DNA of 64,000 nt from Leptospira sp. Lineage in GTDB: Bacteria; Spirochaetota; Leptospiria; Leptospirales; Leptospiraceae. The DNA lies in the NCBI GenBank assembly GCA_034439575.1, contig JAWXAQ010000007.1, positions 160,001 through 224,000 of the forward strand, in the 5' to 3' direction. The notes beneath the pieces were generated by a model that saw only the letters and a program-made list of their open reading frames with translations, ran no database searches and was not told the DNA's origin. Shown here in pieces: positions 60,328-64,000 of this stretch (the stretch's first letter is position 1; every line of letters starts with the position of its first letter). The position numbers and the translations under genes are program-made.

Positions 60328-62841
60328 TTACTCTGTGTCTTTTACGATGGCGAAATCTTTTACAAAATCATCATCTTTAGTATCTACAATTTTCACACCC
60401 ATAGCAGATCGACCAACCAGCGAAATTTCTTTGGCACTGACTCGAATGGACATCCCTGATTGAGTAATCACTAATAGTTCATCTTCTTCTCTTACCGAAC
60501 AAATTCCGACAGATTTTCCATTCTTCTCGCCAACTTTGAGGTAGGTCATTCCTTTACCAGCGCGGCCTTTCGTAGAGAATTCATCGAAGTCCGTTCTTTT
60601 TCCGATTCCATTTTCCGAAATACAAAGTAATTGTGTGTTAGGTTCTACTTTCGTTAATCCAACGATTTGATCTGTTTCATCCAATCTCATAGCAGTTACA
60701 CCTGAAGCAGTTCTTCCTTGTGAGCGTAATTCATTTAGATTCATACGAATTGCTAAACCTTGTTGGCTTCCAATGAAAACATCGTAATTTTCTCTATTAG
60801 ATAAAACATCGATTAGTTCATCACCATCTCTTAGTCCAATCGCAATGATGCCTGATTTTTTAGTGTTTGAAAATTCGTTGAGTTGAATTTTTTTAACGAA
60901 TCCATCTCTTGTGACCATAAGTAAATAGGACTCATCAAATTGTCTAAAGGCAAAAAGAGAAGTTATCACCTCATCTTCTGTTAGACTCATGATAGCTTTT
61001 AATGACTTACCTCTTGCTTCTTTGGTTGCAATTGGTAGTTCATAAACTTTTAGCAAAAATGCTCTCCCTTTATTAGAGAATAACATCAAATTATCATGGG
61101 TCATTGCTATGCTTAATTTTTTGATGAAGTCTTCTCTTTTTGTGGAAATACCTTGAATGCCCTTTCCGCCTCTTTTTTGACGTCGGAAAGTATCCATAGG
61201 TAAACGTTTGATAAACATATCTTCAGAAATTTGAACTACAACTTCTTCATCTGCAATTAAATCTTCAGCATTGAAACTTGAAGATTCCATCGATTCTAAA
61301 CTAATTTCTGTTGTACGATTGTTTCCGAAAGTTTCTGCGACTTTTGTTAATTCATCGCATATAATTTGTTTAACGCGTTCTGGTTTTGCTAATATATCTT
61401 CTAAATCCAATATGTGAACGCGAATTTGTTCTAGTTCTTCTATGATTTTCTGTACTTCCAAAGATGTTAATCTTTGGAGTCTCATTTCTAATATAGCATC
61501 TGCTTGTACTTCAGAAAGTGAAAAAGTGCTAATCAACTTTGCTTGGGCTTCTCGTGGATCTTTTGAAGAGCGTATAATTCTGATTACTTCATCAATATTA
61601 TCTAAAGCAATTTTTAAGCCCTCTAATATATGGGCCCTTTTCTTTGCTTTTTCTAAATCAAATTCTGTTCTTTTTATAACTACTTCATTTCTATGGGAAG
61701 CATAAGCTTTTAATATTTCCTTTAATGGAAAAATTTTTGGACGATTGTCCAAAATAGCAAGCATCGTAATACCAAAACTAACTTGCAATTGTGTAAGTTT
61801 AAATAATTGATTTAGTATTACCTGTGCATTAAAATCTTTTTTGATATGAAGCTCTACTCGTATTCCTTTTCGATCTGAAAGATCTAGAATCTCGGTAATT
61901 CCTTCTATAATTTTTTCATTAACTAGATCGCCAATTTTTTCAAGTAAATTTCGTTTATTTACTTGGTATGGAATCTCATGTATAACAATGATTTCACGAC
62001 CTTTATTATTTTCAATAATTTCAACTTTGGAACGAATTCGAATCGAACCCTTCCCTGTTGAATAGGCTTGATAAAGTCCTTCACCACCAATAATAGTTCC
62101 ACCAGTAGGAAAATCTGGGCCAGGTATAATTTTCATCAAATCATAAAGAGAAATTTCTGGATTTTGAATCAATGCCACAACTGCACTAATTGATTCTTTT
62201 AAATTATGCGGAGGAATGTTCGTCGCCATCCCAACGGCAATTCCCGAAGACCCATTGACTAGAATATTAGGAAAGTTAGCAGGCAAAACATCCGGTTGTT
62301 GTCTCGTATCATCAAAGTTTGGTGAAAAACTTACAGTATTCTTTTCAATATCCTTTAACAATTCTTCTGCAAGTTTTGTTAAACGCGCTTCCGTATAACG
62401 ATAAGCAGCTGCAAAGTCACCATCCACAGAACCAAAGTTACCCTGTCCATCGATCAAAGGCTCACGCATGGAAAATGTTTGAACCATACGAACCATGGTA
62501 TCATACACAGCACCATCACCGTGTGGATGGAAGTTACCGATTACCTCTCCGACAATTTTTGCAGATTTTACATAGGGTCTGTCACTTCGCCATGCTCTTT
62601 CATTCATTGCATGTAAAATTCTTCTATGAACAGGTTTAAGACCATCTCTTACATCAGGAAGAGCTCTTCCAACGATCACGCTCATCGCATAATCTAAGTA
62701 AGCCTCTTTCATTTGGTCTTCTATTTCTACGGGTATAACTCTAATACCAGCTTTTAATGCCCCAGCAATATCAGGTCGACCTGATACATTGAGTGCTAAT
62801 GTTTTTGTTGATTCGTTTTCTTGGCCGTTAGTTTCGGTCAT
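60328..62841 (-). CDS. gyrA: DNA gyrase subunit A
   Basis: DGLKPVHRR, HPHGD, AAYRYTE and GyrA-box QKRGGKG; C-terminal pinwheel repeats. Confidence 0.98.
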   Translation of the reverse strand: MTETNGQENESTKTLALNVSGRPDIAGALKAGIRVIPVEIEDQMKEAYLDYAMSVIVGRALPDVRDGLKPVHRRILHAMNERAWRSDRPYVKSAKIVGEVIGNFHPHGDGAVYDTMVRMVQTFSMREPLIDGQGNFGSVDGDFAAAYRYTEARLTKLAEELLKDIEKNTVSFSPNFDDTRQQPDVLPANFPNILVNGSSGIAVGMATNIPPHNLKESISAVVALIQNPEISLYDLMKIIPGPDFPTGGTIIGGEGLYQAYSTGKGSIRIRSKVEIIENNKGREIIVIHEIPYQVNKRNLLEKIGDLVNEKIIEGITEILDLSDRKGIRVELHIKKDFNAQVILNQLFKLTQLQVSFGITMLAILDNRPKIFPLKEILKAYASHRNEVVIKRTEFDLEKAKKRAHILEGLKIALDNIDEVIRIIRSSKDPREAQAKLISTFSLSEVQADAILEMRLQRLTSLEVQKIIEELEQIRVHILDLEDILAKPERVKQIICDELTKVAETFGNNRTTEISLESMESSSFNAEDLIADEEVVVQISEDMFIKRLPMDTFRRQKRGGKGIQGISTKREDFIKKLSIAMTHDNLMLFSNKGRAFLLKVYELPIATKEARGKSLKAIMSLTEDEVITSLFAFRQFDESYLLMVTRDGFVKKIQLNEFSNTKKSGIIAIGLRDGDELIDVLSNRENYDVFIGSQQGLAIRMNLNELRSQGRTASGVTAMRLDETDQIVGLTKVEPNTQLLCISENGIGKRTDFDEFSTKGRAGKGMTYLKVGEKNGKSVGICSVREEDELLVITQSGMSIRVSAKEISLVGRSAMGVKIVDTKDDDFVKDFAIVKDTE

Positions 62842-62859
62842 TTATTTTATCCGTAGCTA

Positions 62860-64000
<1,141 letters not shown>

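Overview
AT-rich bacterial chromosome segment, almost certainly Leptospira. The evidence is a LipL21 homologue, many spirochaetal lipoboxes and the gyrB-gyrA-dusB ... lipL21 ... holA order, which suggests the origin-proximal region of the large chromosome. It is densely packed with about 60 mostly housekeeping CDS: amgK/murU-like, pgi, galK, mtnP, hom, hflX, msbA-like, yebC, fabG, purB, add, cysE, trpE/G, suhB-like, GH42 beta-galactosidase, hslO, tsaE/B, rnr, maf, holA, dusB, gyrA and a partial gyrB. I saw no rRNA, tRNA, CRISPR array, IS or prophage, and no convincing new multi-gene system. The best oddities are: (1) an apparently circularly permuted PafA-type alkaline phosphatase lipoprotein; (2) hflX whose conserved N-terminus can only start at a non-AUG (AUA/AUU) codon; (3) a lipoprotein whose signal peptide needs a CUG-type start; (4) a 69-nt bulged hairpin in an intergenic gap; (5) a MarR gene with a palindrome over its -10 box and almost no leader; (6) several pseudo-enzymes and degenerate regulators; (7) two frameshifts (lipL21 and a STAS gene) that look like homopolymer errors. 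All calls come from reading motifs by eye; no searches were run.
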